Made by a program: the position numbers and the translations under genes | Shown: positions 35,571-48,869 of the stretch, piece by piece | How positions within the stretch are numbered: the first letter of the stretch is position 1 | How the letters are laid out: every line of letters begins with the position of its first letter | The notes under the pieces: model-generated | The model's database searches: none | What the model saw: the letters and a program-made list of their open reading frames with translations, nothing else | Told to the model about the DNA's origin: nothing | NCBI GenBank assembly: GCA_023920165.1 | Contig: CP089275.1 | Coordinates: 2,356,001 to 2,420,000, forward strand | Length of the DNA: 64,000 nt | Reading direction: 5' to 3' | DNA from: Curvularia clavata | Taxonomy: Eukaryota

Positions 35571-36035
35571 TTTCTACGACGGAGTGCAGTCTGTGAAGCA
35601 GTGGCGGCATAGGTTAAGATGAGTTGCGGGGATACATGCGTTAGCCAATCGGAGTCGACTTGGGTCCGGATTGCCTCATGCTCTCATTACAAAGCAGCTG
35701 AGGGCAGTTTCGTCACTCACATTACTAACAAGGCATTCGCTGTAGGAAATATAAGTATTGAAGATGTTTGTAGAGCACCGTCACACTTACGCCTTTGCCG
35801 AACATTCTGTGCAGTCGCCACAAAGCCCAAATCTCCACGACTCTGCAGTCTCCAGCCAATGGCCCCGATTCTACGAAGACCTGATTGGTTACTTCTCCAA
35901 CATCTCGGCCAAGGTCAAAAATGGCGTCATGCTTCTATTTTATTTCTAAGCAGCAGCAATAGCACTAAATCATACATAAATCCTCCCTTCAGAGCTCTTC
36001 CTCTTCGAAAATCATCAAGCCTTCACCCACCCAAC

Positions 36036-36923
36036 ATGACAACAGCAAGTTTTTCTCATATCGACACAAACTCGTACACGGGCAAGCCTTGGGCCAAGGT
36101 TGACGGGCCAGGTACAAGCTTCAGCCACCAATGGCACGAACGCTTCGTGCATAATCTTCGTGGTCACGAACATGAGTTCAATACCGATAATGCTGGTTTC
36201 GCGGTCTATCAATATCCCGCGAAGGAAAAGCTCTTCACCGACGACGTTGCCGTCCGAAATGAATACTACAACGAAGTCGAATCTCTACTGAAAAACAAGC
36301 TCCCTGGCGTCAAGAAAGTCGTAATCTTTGACCATACCATCCGAAGACGAGACAAGAACTCACCTCGCCAGCCTGTGCAACAGGTCCATGTCGACCAGAC
36401 GCCTGGGGCGGCAGAAGCACGCGTCCGCCGCCACTTGCCACAAGAAGAAGCGGAGCAACTCCTCAAGGGCCGCTACCAGATCATTAACGTCTGGCGGCCC
36501 ATTGAGAACCCTGCATCCGACCACCCGCTCGCCGTCATTGACTGGAGGACAACTTCTCCGTCAGACTTCATCGCCACAGATCTCATGTACCCCAAGCGTG
36601 CAGATTCAATGGATATTGATGATCGCGGCAAAGAAAAACTGCCTGACCCAAACAGCTACACATCTACAGAGGGCTACGAAGTCAAGGGCGAAACCATGTC
36701 TGTGGCCCCGAATGACAAACACAAGTTCTACTACCAAAAGGACATGACCCCTGACGAGGTGATGCTGCTCAAGTGCTTCGACAGCTACGGTGAGGGCATG
36801 CCATTGGGCAAGGAGGGACTTGCAGTTCGAACACCACACACTGCTTTTGCAGACCCCAACACGCCTGCGGATGCGCCCGGTAGACAGAGTATCGAGGTTA
36901 GGTGTCTGGTGTTCTACGAGTAA
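36036..36923 (+). CDS. AsaB/CmcJ-family hydroxylase/desaturase (often annotated as a methyltransferase-like protein)
   Basis: Motifs VIFDHTIRR, VHVDQT, RYQIINVWRP, PLAVID, LLKCFDS, TPHTAF and RQSIEVRCLVF. Probable ATG at 36036. Confidence 0.85.
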   Translation: MTTASFSHIDTNSYTGKPWAKVDGPGTSFSHQWHERFVHNLRGHEHEFNTDNAGFAVYQYPAKEKLFTDDVAVRNEYYNEVESLLKNKLPGVKKVVIFDHTIRRRDKNSPRQPVQQVHVDQTPGAAEARVRRHLPQEEAEQLLKGRYQIINVWRPIENPASDHPLAVIDWRTTSPSDFIATDLMYPKRADSMDIDDRGKEKLPDPNSYTSTEGYEVKGETMSVAPNDKHKFYYQKDMTPDEVMLLKCFDSYGEGMPLGKEGLAVRTPHTAFADPNTPADAPGRQSIEVRCLVFYE

Positions 36924-37608
36924 CCCGATAGTATTAGGAATCTACATGAGGAGGTTCATACGTACTTGTTTGATCCCAGCGATGACGCGCCATAGTACAT
37001 GAATTAGGATAATACACTTGCTAACAAAAGAAGGAATGATAAAGTTTCAACTAACTATCTATCATGTCACTACCACTCCGCGCAACGACATCCAGCCCCT
37101 TGTCACGCTTAACTTCCATCACTTTCATTTTCCCAATCATTCCACTTTTATCACCAAGGCCAACCACTATTCCGTCACGTGCCCAAGCACCTAGACTCAA
37201 CCAAACCCACACTCCATCTTCCAGCTTGGCCCCACCCGTCCCAAAACGAAAACTTGCACTTACACTTGCCCAAGCTTTCGCATCCGTACGTACGTATGGG
37301 CGTAGACTAGTTTATCCACGTTTCCAGCTGCATGCCTGGTCTTTCTAGCGCGTGCAGCTAAGACATGCGGCTAGTGGATCTCGTTTGGGACCGTGGCATG
37401 TCATATGTCATGTGGAGGGCGGGTAGGCTTGGCGTAGAGATGGGCTTGGCGGTCCTGTATATCGAGTAGGGTTATTCCGGGCTTGTGTGGTTTGGCACAT
37501 CATGCAACTTTCAGTGTTTCAAGAAAGGGGTGGTCACTAGGCGAGGACAATGGGGAACGGGATTTTGATTTTCTTAACGTGTGGTTCTCAATAATTAGTT
37601 TTTGTAGA

Positions 37609-39668
37609 CTAAAAAATAGGGCTGAGAAAAGCCAGCCCGAGAATCATACTTTACTGCCGCCCGTGACCGTGGTTTCAAAACGGACTTCAGTCGACGACAG
37701 TTCAAACGAGTCATTTTCTTCGGGCTGCCAGAATCGCTTGTCTCCTTTTAGTGCGCGGATCCTGGGATCATGTTAGTTTGTTCTTTTCTGAGTACGCCAG
37801 ACGTAGTAATACTTACACCCAGGGCTGGGTTCGAGAGTCAGTGCTCACTTTTAAACTCGGGTTAGCAAACTGTAAACGCCCACAATAACGAATGGCACTT
37901 ACGACTCCAATACTCCTTGTCGTCGTAGTCGGGAGGAAGTAAACGTCCGCCAGAGATGGCACCGAGGAACCAGGTCGCAGTGTTTATGACGGCATAGGTT
38001 GTTATGCCAGCAATTAGCCCGTAGGCAAGCGAGAACGAAAAGGGCATGAAAATGAGTGTCACAAAGGCGGGGATAGAGTCGCCAGGCTGCCAGAGTTAGT
38101 TGCTCGTCTTCAAAGGTGGAATAGTAGCAAGAATCTGACGTACATATTTCCAGTTTATGCCTGTAACTCCGCGCATCATCATGCATCCGCAAATGACCAG
38201 AGTGCCGCCAGTCGCCCATGGAGGAATCGAGGCGAAGATGGGACCGAAGAAGAGAGAGACGACGAAGAAAAAGGCCGTTGTAATTGCTGCAAGGCCTGTA
38301 CGACCTCCTGCCGCAATACCAGTCTAAATATGTCAGTAGACACACCGGGTTATCATTTGAATAAAGCAATCACTTACGCCAGACTCGACAAAGGTAGTGA
38401 CGGGAGATAATCCGAGGAGAGAGCCGAGTGCGACGGAAATAGCATCTGTGCAGTAGGCACGTGTGCTACGCGGAAATTCACCCGTATCGGGATCCACGAC
38501 GCCTGTGAAGCGCGCCATGGAGTATAGACTGCCAGTCGCGTTCAGAATATCAACGTAAAGCATAGTGAAGACGGCAAGAGCAAAATGCCAACCCTCGTTA
38601 GACAAGTCCCAATCCTGTATCACCAACGTTTTTCTAATGGAAGGAACTTCGACTACGTTTTTGAAAAAGTCGAAACGGCTGTCTCCTTCGGGTGTCCGTG
38701 GGAAGAAAGTCAATGATGTGTCGCGGGGCCAGGAGCAAATTGAGACCACCAAAATGCCAATCATCATAGCACCAGGAACTCTGTGTGTAATCAATATAGC
38801 GGTGAGCACGCCCCCAGCCAAAAACCCAAGCCACATAGTTGGCGATGTTGCCTTGTCGGAGAGACACATCTGTGTAACTGGGTCGCGCAATTGGCTAGGG
38901 CAGCCACCCAGCTGAAGAGGTGTCTCCACTGCTCCTGTGATTGCCCCGAGACCTTGAGTATACGAAAGGCCAAGCAGGCTGAGAAAAAGGCCAATGCCAC
39001 CGCCACAAGCCATTTTGATCGACGCGGGAATGATGCGATTGAGCCACTGACGGATACCTAGAAGGGAAAGAGCAGTGAAGATGATACCCTCGACAAAAAC
39101 CGATGTCATCGCTACACGGTAGGTGATCGGGCCGGTGCCGTGGTAACCGACCATTTGATACGCCAAATAAGCATTTAGACCCATTGCGGGTGCCAGAGCG
39201 ACGGGAAGGTTAGATACGATGCCCATGAGGAAAGAACTGAAGGCTGCGATGGCGCAAGTAGCAGTGATGAGATCGCGTTCGGCCTCTAGTACGCAGATGG
39301 CATAAGCATCGTTGGTGTGGCATATTGGATCGACCGGGTCATTGCAGACACATGTCACTCCAGAGTCTGCCAGAATGGAGGCCTGGTAGGTGGAAGCGTC
39401 AGCAAGCGGCGCTTCATAACATTCGATACACTCACATTGACGTCAATAATGTAGGCCATGGTAAGAAACGTTATTATACCAGCCTTGATCTCAGTGGTGA
39501 AGCGGGCATTTTTGATAGCATTGGGCTGAGACAATTAGTACAGTAAAGCGTGTTCGCACGTAGAAGCTGACATACATGTCCGGAGCCGTCCAGATGAAAG
39601 AATCTACCCACGAACGAATGGGATACCCAATCGTTGAGGGCAGCCGTCTTTCGTGCCATGAAGCCCAT
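37609..39668 (-). CDS. azgA: Adenine/guanine/hypoxanthine permease (AzgA family)
   Basis: Motifs VGRFFHLDGSGH, EIKAG, MAYIIDVNASIL, NLPVALAPAMGLNAY, SPVTTFVES, GGRTGL and MPFSFSLAYGLIAG. Several introns; last exon PWVIRALKGDKRFWQP...TAG at 37609. Confidence 0.88.
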
Positions 39669-41047
39669 CTTCGTGATGGAGGAGGAGCAGAGACGATGCG
39701 ACGGAGCAATGCAGGCTGTCAAGACTGCCAAAGGGCAAGACAGTATCACTGCGAGTCTCGGTCAGATATAGCCCCTACCGTAGCACAGTACCAGGTGAAA
39801 CTTGAAGATTGGCGCGACGCCCCGGCGCAGGGACCAACAGACCGCACCCGTGTTCGTGTCATGCATGTGGCGATGGCAATGGTGCTGGCGTGGAGAGTTC
39901 ACACTGCCCTGTAACAGGCATGGTCTAGAACTGGAGGGAGCCTGTCATTGAATGGGGAGCAGCTCCAGCTAGCAGGCTACTGAAAAGCCCATGATCATAT
40001 TTGGGTGAACTGGCTAGGCGGTCCTCGCTTGTACCTAGGTAGCTGGTCTTCGGGGAAACTCAACCGCGGTGCGTCATTCGTGGACAGTCAAGCTTGGACG
40101 GCTTAAGAACAGCACACTAAAGACAGCCGTTGGGCCCCCCGCAGCCAGGAGTGGTGGTTTCTCCTATGAGCGAGGTAGGGCCGCTGGTAAAAAAACAATG
40201 CAGGACTCATGAGTCCATATGAGGAAGGGTGACATGACAAAGTACCTGGAGGACTCTCGTATCTGCATTATCAAGTTGCCTGACTTTTTTGTCCTGGTCG
40301 TATCCAGAGATAAGCGACCAACGCAACTGACGCCTTCATAGGTGGATGGCTTTAGCGAAGCTTTTAACTGAGATAGCCAATTTCTTCGTCTCGAGCCTGG
40401 CATCAACGCAAGGGCCGGAAGTCGTGCCCAAACCTGCGCAAGACTTGGTCAAGTCTTAAATACAGGGTTACCCGAGAAGCTTCGCCGATTGGCAGAAGGC
40501 TTGAGAAATGGCGTAACACCGTGCCAAGTCCCCGCCCAGACACCGGCGCTGAGACCCAATTCTCTTGGCAAGAGTTAGGAGAGATGTCCGTAGCGGGGGC
40601 TGGAGTATGTGGGGGGACAGCTGTCTCCAGCCCTCTAGAGGGCCTGTGGAGCTGCACAAGTGCCTACCACAATCGTCTACAATGGAACAACCGGCGATGG
40701 TCTGGCACGCAGCATCCAACAACTCTTCGATTGCATCGCCCCATGTTCACGCTCTCAAACTGCCCAAGGAAGCAATCTGCCGATGGCCTTCTCAGGTGGC
40801 ATATAAAACAGGGTACTTTCGCTCGTGGCGCCGACAAAGCGCCGATGCGGTAATTCGCCATAGACAGATGGCTTTCGGGTGACCCGACATTCAGCTATTC
40901 ATTCCATGCACGCTAATTCGGCTAGTTAGCGAGCATGAGGGTCGTTTTCGTTCTTGAAGCATGGTTAGGGGCATAGTCACAAGTCATTAGGCGACGGCCA
41001 AGCCGCTCACATGTTGGCATCGGGTGAATTCCTTCCATCGCAAAGCA

Positions 41048-42987
41048 ATGTTTGAGCCAACACCCGACATGTTCCCAGGTTTTGATGTACCTCCGCAGCA
41101 CGCAGAGACTGTAGGTGCTCGCAAAGCACGAAAGGCTAGAGAAGAAGAAGAGGCATCTCGGAAATCATCCTCAGGAAATTCACAGTCCTCCGCAAGCGTG
41201 CGCAGCCTCAACACAACCAGCGCTATCAGCCAGAATGCATCAAGCTACAAGTCGAAAGAAAAGAGCACGTTTGGCGGATGGTTCAGCAGACACAACAAAA
41301 AGGGCGTCCAGGAAATCTCACCGTTGCCACAAAGTGCTCCGCAAACTGTCGACATGCCCCCTCCAGTGGCCGATAGTGTTGAACCTGAACGGAATGCAGA
41401 GCCTGAATCAACGCCAGCACCACTTACGGCACCTTTGGAGCCACTCTTGGACACAGACAAGTACCTGTTTCCAAGTCCACCGTCACGGTCTGCTGATAAA
41501 CAACATCAATCTCATCAACCGCGATTGAATTCGTTGGTTCCAATGCCTTATCCCCCGCCTACTGGTGAACTTCCCCCAACGCCCGTTTCATCGTCCAATG
41601 GCTTTGGAGGCCTATTAGGTATGTGGCAATGAACCGCTTTCCCAAATGTATCGGTTACACTTGTGTTCGGTCGGAATGCTGACACAGCGTGCAGACACGA
41701 GACCACGAAGCAATTCTAGCCGACGGGCTTCGTATATTCAGTCTAGCGTCGCAACATCAAAAACCAGCATCTTCTCAAGCGCATCAGGCTATGAGACTGT
41801 GGCTTCTGAGGTTATTCCCGAAACTGCTTCCTATGTCAAAACGAATCAATTCAGTCATGGTCCTGTTTTTGAAGTGGTAGAGCGTGGCTCACGGGCTGGA
41901 AGTTCAAAAAGCAACGAACGTGACCATGGCAGCAAGGCCGCCATGTCGCCCTTTGCCCGCGCTCTGGCAAAGATTGAGAGTGCTGGTACACGTATAGTGT
42001 CCACACGTCTCAGCGAGGAATGGGAAGGACTCGACGATGACGAAAGTTTCCGAGAAATCATGTTTGAGAAGCGGCTCTGGGCGCTGACCGCCTACCAACG
42101 CCTCACACAAAACAAGTCTTTGCAGTCTCCTGTGCATGAACTGCTGATCAACGCACGCCCTTCCGAACAGAGACGAGTGCTTCAAATACACGGCTCCATA
42201 GGTATGTTTTCATTCTAAATAGATCAGTGACGATACTGATCTGCATATAGCTGACGGGTGGATACTCGCAAACCGCTATCCCTCCGCAACTGTGTACACT
42301 TTGTCTCCCACGCAAGCTCCAGCTCCCACTGCCTATCCTGCTCCTACAAACCATCATTCACTTTACGTTCCATCACTTTCATCGCAATCCCCTTTCCCCG
42401 ACAATTACTTCGACGCCATCATCTCGCGCTCCGTGGCCACTGTTCTCAAAAACGACGAGTGGGCTCGCTTGTTCTTCGACTGCATGCGTGTGCTCAAGCC
42501 AGGCGGCCAGATAGAGATACTTTCCGTCGATGCGCACATGAGTTGCGAAGGACCCAAGTTGTCTTCCTGGGTTGACGAAAATCTATCCTGCCGACTTGAG
42601 TCCTTTGGAGTAAGCAAACAGGCGTCCGACACAGTCCTTGATACAATGGAAATAGTAGGACTAGAAAGCATCCGCCGCGCACGCATAGCGCTTCCTGCGC
42701 ATCCGCCTAGAGGAGTTGCTAAGCCCGCACCACCTCCATCACATATTAGTGGCGCACCCACGCCACAAGACATACTGGACAATACCAGGATGATGGCGTT
42801 TCTGGGTCGTCACTTTTATCAAACCCTGTACGGAAAATTCATGCATATCGACCAAGGAGACCAATGGTTCTGGACGCACAAGGAACTCCGCGACGAGTGT
42901 GAACATTACAAGACCAAGATGATTCTTACAATAGCGTGTGCGCAAAAGGCGAGCCTTGTTTCGCATGATGACGAATACTCGGATTGA
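41048..42987 (+). CDS. Fungal protein with a low-complexity N-terminus and a C-terminal SAM-methyltransferase-like (type 11) domain
   Basis: PFPDNYFDAII and DCMRVLKPGGQIEI motifs. Introns ~41619-41694 and ~42202-42250 link ORFs 41024, 41646 and 42292. Confidence 0.8.
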
Positions 42988-43549
42988 TGGAAATGATGTA
43001 AAGCAACAATTTTGTGAAATCGCAACGAGCCTCTACGTATGGTGATAGAGTTGGTCAGGTGAATAACGGCGCAACAGCTTGGTTCCACATTTCCCCCCTT
43101 GCGTTTGTTTTTGACGCAGAGTTCATGCAGTCTGGCTTTGTTTCAGTAGTTCGGTCTTTCCTCCGCAGCAAGAAATCTAACTCATGTATACCCAAAGCTA
43201 ATATATTCCGTTTCTTTAGAGGTGTGGACGAATTTTCTTAGGCAAATGTGTAAATTCAACACAGATTGTTTTCCTGTCTAAACACAATGCAAATTCTTTG
43301 ACCGCAGATTTCCCTCAATTTCCTACTGAAAACCCTCCTTTTTGTTTACCCTGTTCATAGTCTTCAGAATATTAATCTACATGACACTACGGCGACCCCA
43401 TGGTCCGTGTATTACCACGCACTAATGTCCTATAGGAAAATACCGGAGAATACTCCAGCCTATCTATCACGTGCATATGCCAAGACATATCACTTGATAA
43501 GCGAGTGCGTTTAAGTTTTTGAAACGACTCGAGCGTCTTGTGGCTGAGG

Positions 43550-45925
43550 CAAATAAAGGTTAATGTTTTTTTTACCTAAAGGTGGCTCAATGGGGCTAAA
43601 TCAGCTGAAGAAGCTGAGGAGCTTCGGTATGTGGGAGAATGTTGCCGAGGAGAACGATGTTTTGCTCAGTCGTTTAGTTCTTTTTTTTTTTTGGATGTGG
43701 GCCTTCTGTAAGGAGGAAAAGTTGAGATATACCTGTTGTAAACTCGAGTACAAGGCACAAATGAGCAGACTTCAATTTCGTAGGATACATCAAAAGAATC
43801 TGACAATATGTGGTTGGGTGCGCAGCAATATGGCGTTCAAGTAGTTGCTAAAGCACGGTAGAATTAGTACCATTAGAGCAGTGCTTGAGGAAAGGGACAG
43901 CACGCAATTTGTGCCTATCGAAAGAAAAAGAAGACTGGTATTAGAACAACGTGGAAGCTTAATTTAGCTTTCCTTGATTTAGTGCTGTCTCGTTAAGACT
44001 CACATCGATGGCTGATGGATATATAGCTGACAACCCTGAACACTACCCTCTTCAGTCTGCACAAGATAACTATGCATGCTGTATTGTACTGATAGATATT
44101 GATAGGAAATGATGAACAGCCTTTTGAAATTATTTGCGCAAGGGAACACGGATATTCTTCGTCTCCTCAGGCGATCCTATGATACTACTTCACTGCAATA
44201 GCTGCAACAGCTGTTTCGATACACATACGGTTGCAGGTTTTATGGGAGGTCCTACCGTGTATGTCAATGCTGGTATGCGTGTTTATGTTCAATACAAGGT
44301 TGGATTTTAAAATCTATCATATCAGCTACCTTTACACATTGAATTTATCTACCTTTCAAATCTAGTGGGGTATAGGACCTACACTATAGCGCAAAGTGTG
44401 CCCTCATGCTCGCAACATCCGGTAAGCAAGCCAATAATCCCAGTAATAATTGGTGCGCTTGTATGTATAGAAATAAGGCTTAGCGCTTACTAAAGTTGAT
44501 CTTACACCCTTTGAACATGCCTTATTAAAAACCTTGGCACTATACCTACGCTCGCAGACAGATAGTCTCATATCTCTGACAATACTAGAGATGGTGCGCA
44601 GAACTAAACCCGTGCCCATCCAGGAACGAGCTATACACGAAAGCCTTAAGCTGGCTATTGAATTGTGTGGCTGATACATGATGCTTTAGTTCTTGCTCTC
44701 TATCTCTCTACTGAGGTGGCTAGGTTTTCCCTGTAGCGCTTACTCAGGTTAGGCCTGAGACATCAAGATGCAGGTCTACAATGATGTCAGACTTCCTATC
44801 TATTTCTTACATATGCAGAGCCTACATCGTTCCATTAGACCTTATATTAGCTAGTCATATTCCCATCGGCGGGTTTCATACAAGAAAACTTTCACATTAA
44901 TATGTAGCAATCACATATCGTAGAGAATCTATCCAGACCATTATATATGCTTCAAAGAGTTGTGAAATGTGTCATGGTTGCTAAGCTAGGTTCTATTTAC
45001 TCAATGGTCTGGTTGTAACTTCTGGATCAGGTCTTCGCTAGCTTAATCTATAAGCGACGAGGTGCTCCAATTGGGTACAAGGATAGATCATATGAGACTT
45101 GGACGCAGTTGACCAAAAGATGTAGGAAGATCTAGCGGGCGGCCAGAAAAAGAACCGTTCGTTAACAAATTAACTCACATGGTAATCTCGTAGCTCGATG
45201 ACCCCAAGTCTATGGTCTATCAGAAGTAAGTGAGCCTCCTAATATCATGTCTTCTAAGCAAGGTGAAAACTTTGCTAAAGTTTGGCAGCGTGTAACGACA
45301 TGGCATGGATCGGTCAATTTACTGGTAATACCATAATTATGATACAGGAAATCATTGAGGTGTGCATCCAATCGGGTTGACTTGATATCAGAGAAGAACG
45401 AATGAGGGATATACACTGTGTAATACCCGAGTTTCGCTTTCAGTTTGCCTCCCGATTTTGAGGGTAGGAATGGAATGAAACTAAGATATCTTTGCTAACG
45501 AAAACGTTCAGATTGCAGAAGGGATGTGATTTATTTAGAACAAGCGCATATATCGGATTTTTGAATCGAATTTATACTGGTATAACGAAAAGTATTAGAC
45601 CTGTTTTACTTAGCATCCAATATACTGAAAAGGATCTTTTCCCTATCTGAAACTAATAGATTGTACACATCCTTTTCCTATGGCTAAGCGGCTAGGCCCT
45701 ACCGCGGGTTTCCAAATATCGTCGGACGCGTTGCTGATACCGAAGAGTTCTTTGAACTCAAAGGCTTCGCGTCTTGTAGGATCACAGTTTGTTGTGTCTT
45801 CAAAGGGGTCTGATAGGAGCTTATTTCCATTGGACGTAGGTGAGCAGGGAAAGCAAAAACAGCACAACCAAGCCGTGCATCTCAAAGCAGAAGGTATATT
45901 TCTCATGGATAGCACCTTTGAATGA
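43550..45925 (+). pseudogene. AT-rich region with fragments of a probable decayed gene
   Basis: Clearly lower GC than the flanking genes. Protein-like frames are broken by stops, for example MMNSLLKLFAQGNTDILRLLRRSYDTTSLQ*LQQLF from 44109. Intron-like GTAAGC...TAG at 44422-44470. Confidence 0.35.
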
Positions 45926-46983
45926 AAGAATGGGGTCTAATCCAGTTATACTCACTATGTATGTCTGCTAAGCGAATTGCGATACGCAATTGGGCCCATC
46001 AGGACTGCCTCCTAGAACTGTATACTCTCTTCTTTTGAGAGCACTGGGACTTTCTAGCTTTACTAATACTATATACTACATGACGCCCACAAACCCGATT
46101 TGGCCAAGTATTCTTAGGCCAGCATTGGCACTTCCTACATTCCGCGGACCAAAGATATCGTACTTCGTGAAGGCCATACCATGGACAGACTCCGTAGCTC
46201 ATTCCCTCCTCCTTTATCGAATTGCGCAGAGGAAAGAAACTGGTAACACCTGCACCATGGTTCTCCTACCTGCTCCGTCCCTTTTGCTAAAAGCAAAAAC
46301 GCAAAACGGCGTACCCCGGAACACAAGCCGCCCGGTCATTCTGCTTTGCTTTTGCCACCCGAAACTTGACCTTCTTTTCATACATCTGCCTTTCTTTCTT
46401 CGTCCTCCTGCCTAGCCATGAACATCGGGTCACACGTCATGTCTCGCCTACACATTCCATGGTTATGAGTGGCCAAGTGTTTTTGCCAAGGTCGTCGGTT
46501 TAAGGTTAGAGCAGAGTATGTAAGCGAGCCAGAATCAATGTTCCGGGCGCCCGGGAAGGGGCGGAAGGACGAGATTTAGGTTTGGGTAGTTTTTACTAAT
46601 ATTTGCATGAATGACGGAGAGAATGACAGGATAGGGAAGGTGGCAACGCGGGGAACATGAAAGGATGAAGGTTGAAGTAGGAAACTGTTGGTCTAGAGTT
46701 GAGCGTCGAGCATGAGATGAGGGTAGCAGGCAGTCATTCTGTTCGACCGTCAGGATTGATCAACATTCCACATTGTTCAAAGTCATTCGATTGGCAAATT
46801 GACAGATGGGGGTATAAACATTTTATACATTGCCTGTCGTCAAGAGAGGCAATCATTACACGTCGGATATCAAAGATATCTAGAATCGTCGAGGTATTAC
46901 ATAACGAAAGCATGCTCAATAAATTGAGCCGAAGGGTATCGAAGCACCATTTACCAAGTAACATGCGTTGGAGGCGTATGTGC

Positions 46984-48869
46984 TTAGAAAATGCGGTGGA
47001 AGAAACGCTTCCACGCGGGCCAAGTGGCAATCTCGGCACGCTCTTTGTTGATGAGGTCCCAGTCGAGCTCACGGCGACCAGTGTCGACATCCATCTGAGC
47101 AGTGCGAAGCCATCCCTCGCGCTTCCAGAAGTAGCCAGCAATCCAGAAGACGGCAACGACGAAAATGGCAAGATAAGACTCAAAAAAGTCTTCGGCAGTT
47201 CCGGTCTTCTTGCCAGCTGGGAGGCCGAGGGGAGAGACTGCAGTGTAGAACTAAGGGTAATGTCAGTATATGATTATATAGAAGTGCCGAGAATTTCCTT
47301 ACCTGAGCCATCAAAACCATGACGATGATACCAAGACCGATCCAGGAGCCGATAACACCACCAGCAGCCCTGAATGGGATCTCATCAAGGGTGTGACCGT
47401 GGTAAGCCCAAGCCTTGCGGAAGCGAATGTGGGCCAAGCAGATAGAGCCCCAAGTGAAAAGAGCGGCAAGACCAGAGAGGGCGACGAACCAGTTGAAGAC
47501 GGTCTCACCAGTAGCAGCCAAGTTCATGTAGGCAAGAGGACCCCACATAAGGATGAACAGGACAGACCAAAGAGGACGTCCAGCGCGGTCAATGTAGGTG
47601 AAGAACTTGGGAGCGTAACCCTGCTCGGCAAGGGCAGTAACGGTACGGGAACCGCCATAGACACCGGACACACCAATGGAAACGACGGAAACGAGAATGA
47701 CGACGTTCATGAAGCTGTCGAAACCGATGAGTCCGGCGTTCTTGCCAGCAATGACAAAGGGCGAGGTGTTTGCATCAGAGGAAGAGCCCATCAGGCGCGG
47801 GTCCGTGTGCTCGACGAGGAGACCGACGAAGAAGAGACCGAGAATGTAGAAGAGGGTAATTCGCCAGAAGACTTGACGAATAGCACCCGGGAGAGACTTG
47901 AGAGGGTTCTTAGTCTCGGCAGCAGCCAAACCGACAAGCTCAGTACCTGAGAAAGAGAAGGCGGCAGTGACGAAGACGCTGCAGAAGCCCTTGAAGCCGT
48001 TGGCGAACGCGCCGGGGTCGTACCAAGTGCGAGCACCCCAGTATTCACTGTACATGCCATTCGAGGGACCTCCACCAAGTACCAGGATGAAAGCAATGAT
48101 CATGAAGACAACTGTGGCGCCAAGCTTGATGCATGACGACCAGAACTCTTCTTCGGCATATCCCAGGGTACCCCATACGTTGATGAAGAAGATGAAGACC
48201 CAGAAAACGGTAATGAAGACTGCGACGTTGACTTGTCTAGCGCCCTCCCAATAATGCACAGTGAGACCAGCGACGAGCAGTTCGAGCGGTAAGACAATGG
48301 CCCATTGGAAGACGTAGTTCCAGCCCATGGCGAAACCCCAGGAAGGATCGATGAAGCGAGTAGAGTAGGTGTAGAAACCACCAGAAACCGGGTACATTAC
48401 AGCAAGTTCACCAAGAGCGTAGACTTGATGTGGCGTTAGTCCCGGTTTTGCGCAGAGTCAGGCAGGGGGCACTCACCGACGTTGAAGATCATGACTCCCA
48501 TAATGGAAAAGTCAATGAGAAGAGTAGCAGGACCCTATAACATGAGCGTGAGTGCTTGTGGAAAAAGAAGCTGGGATATTGGTATTGACTTACACCCCTG
48601 CGGAGAGCACCACCAGAACCGACGAAGAAACCAGCACCAATGGAACCACCAATGGCAATCATGTGAAGATGGCGAGTCTTCATGGACTTGTCAAGCTCAA
48701 TCATGCCACTGCCCTGAGGACGGCGCTGGAAAGACTTGAGGTTCAGACCATTGCGGGTCATGAAGTCCTCTTGCTCACGCCATTCGAGCTGGTCCTCGCG
48801 CGCCGACTCAACGGTAGGCTGAGGAACGGGGGCCTTCTCATCCGCCTGAAGGACCTTTTCGTGATCCAT
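46984..48869 (-). CDS. Amino-acid permease (APC/YAT family, GAP1-like)
   Basis: Motifs RHLHMIAIGGSIGAGFFVGSG, ALGELAVMYPVSG, AAFSFSGTELVGLAAAE and HIRFRKAW. Three introns (~48535-48593, ~48425-48476, 47251-47302); stop at 46984. Confidence 0.95.

Noticed and set aside
40876..40888. TCGG-N5-CCGA as a UaY/Ppr1 purine-regulator site upstream of azgA
   Set aside because: The canonical spacing is N6, and the site is about 1.2 kb from the azgA ATG, nearer the other gene.
34564..42987. F-box, AsaB/CmcJ, AzgA and methyltransferase genes as a secondary-metabolite cluster
   Set aside because: No PKS, NRPS or terpene backbone gene in the window, and the neighbours are functionally unrelated.
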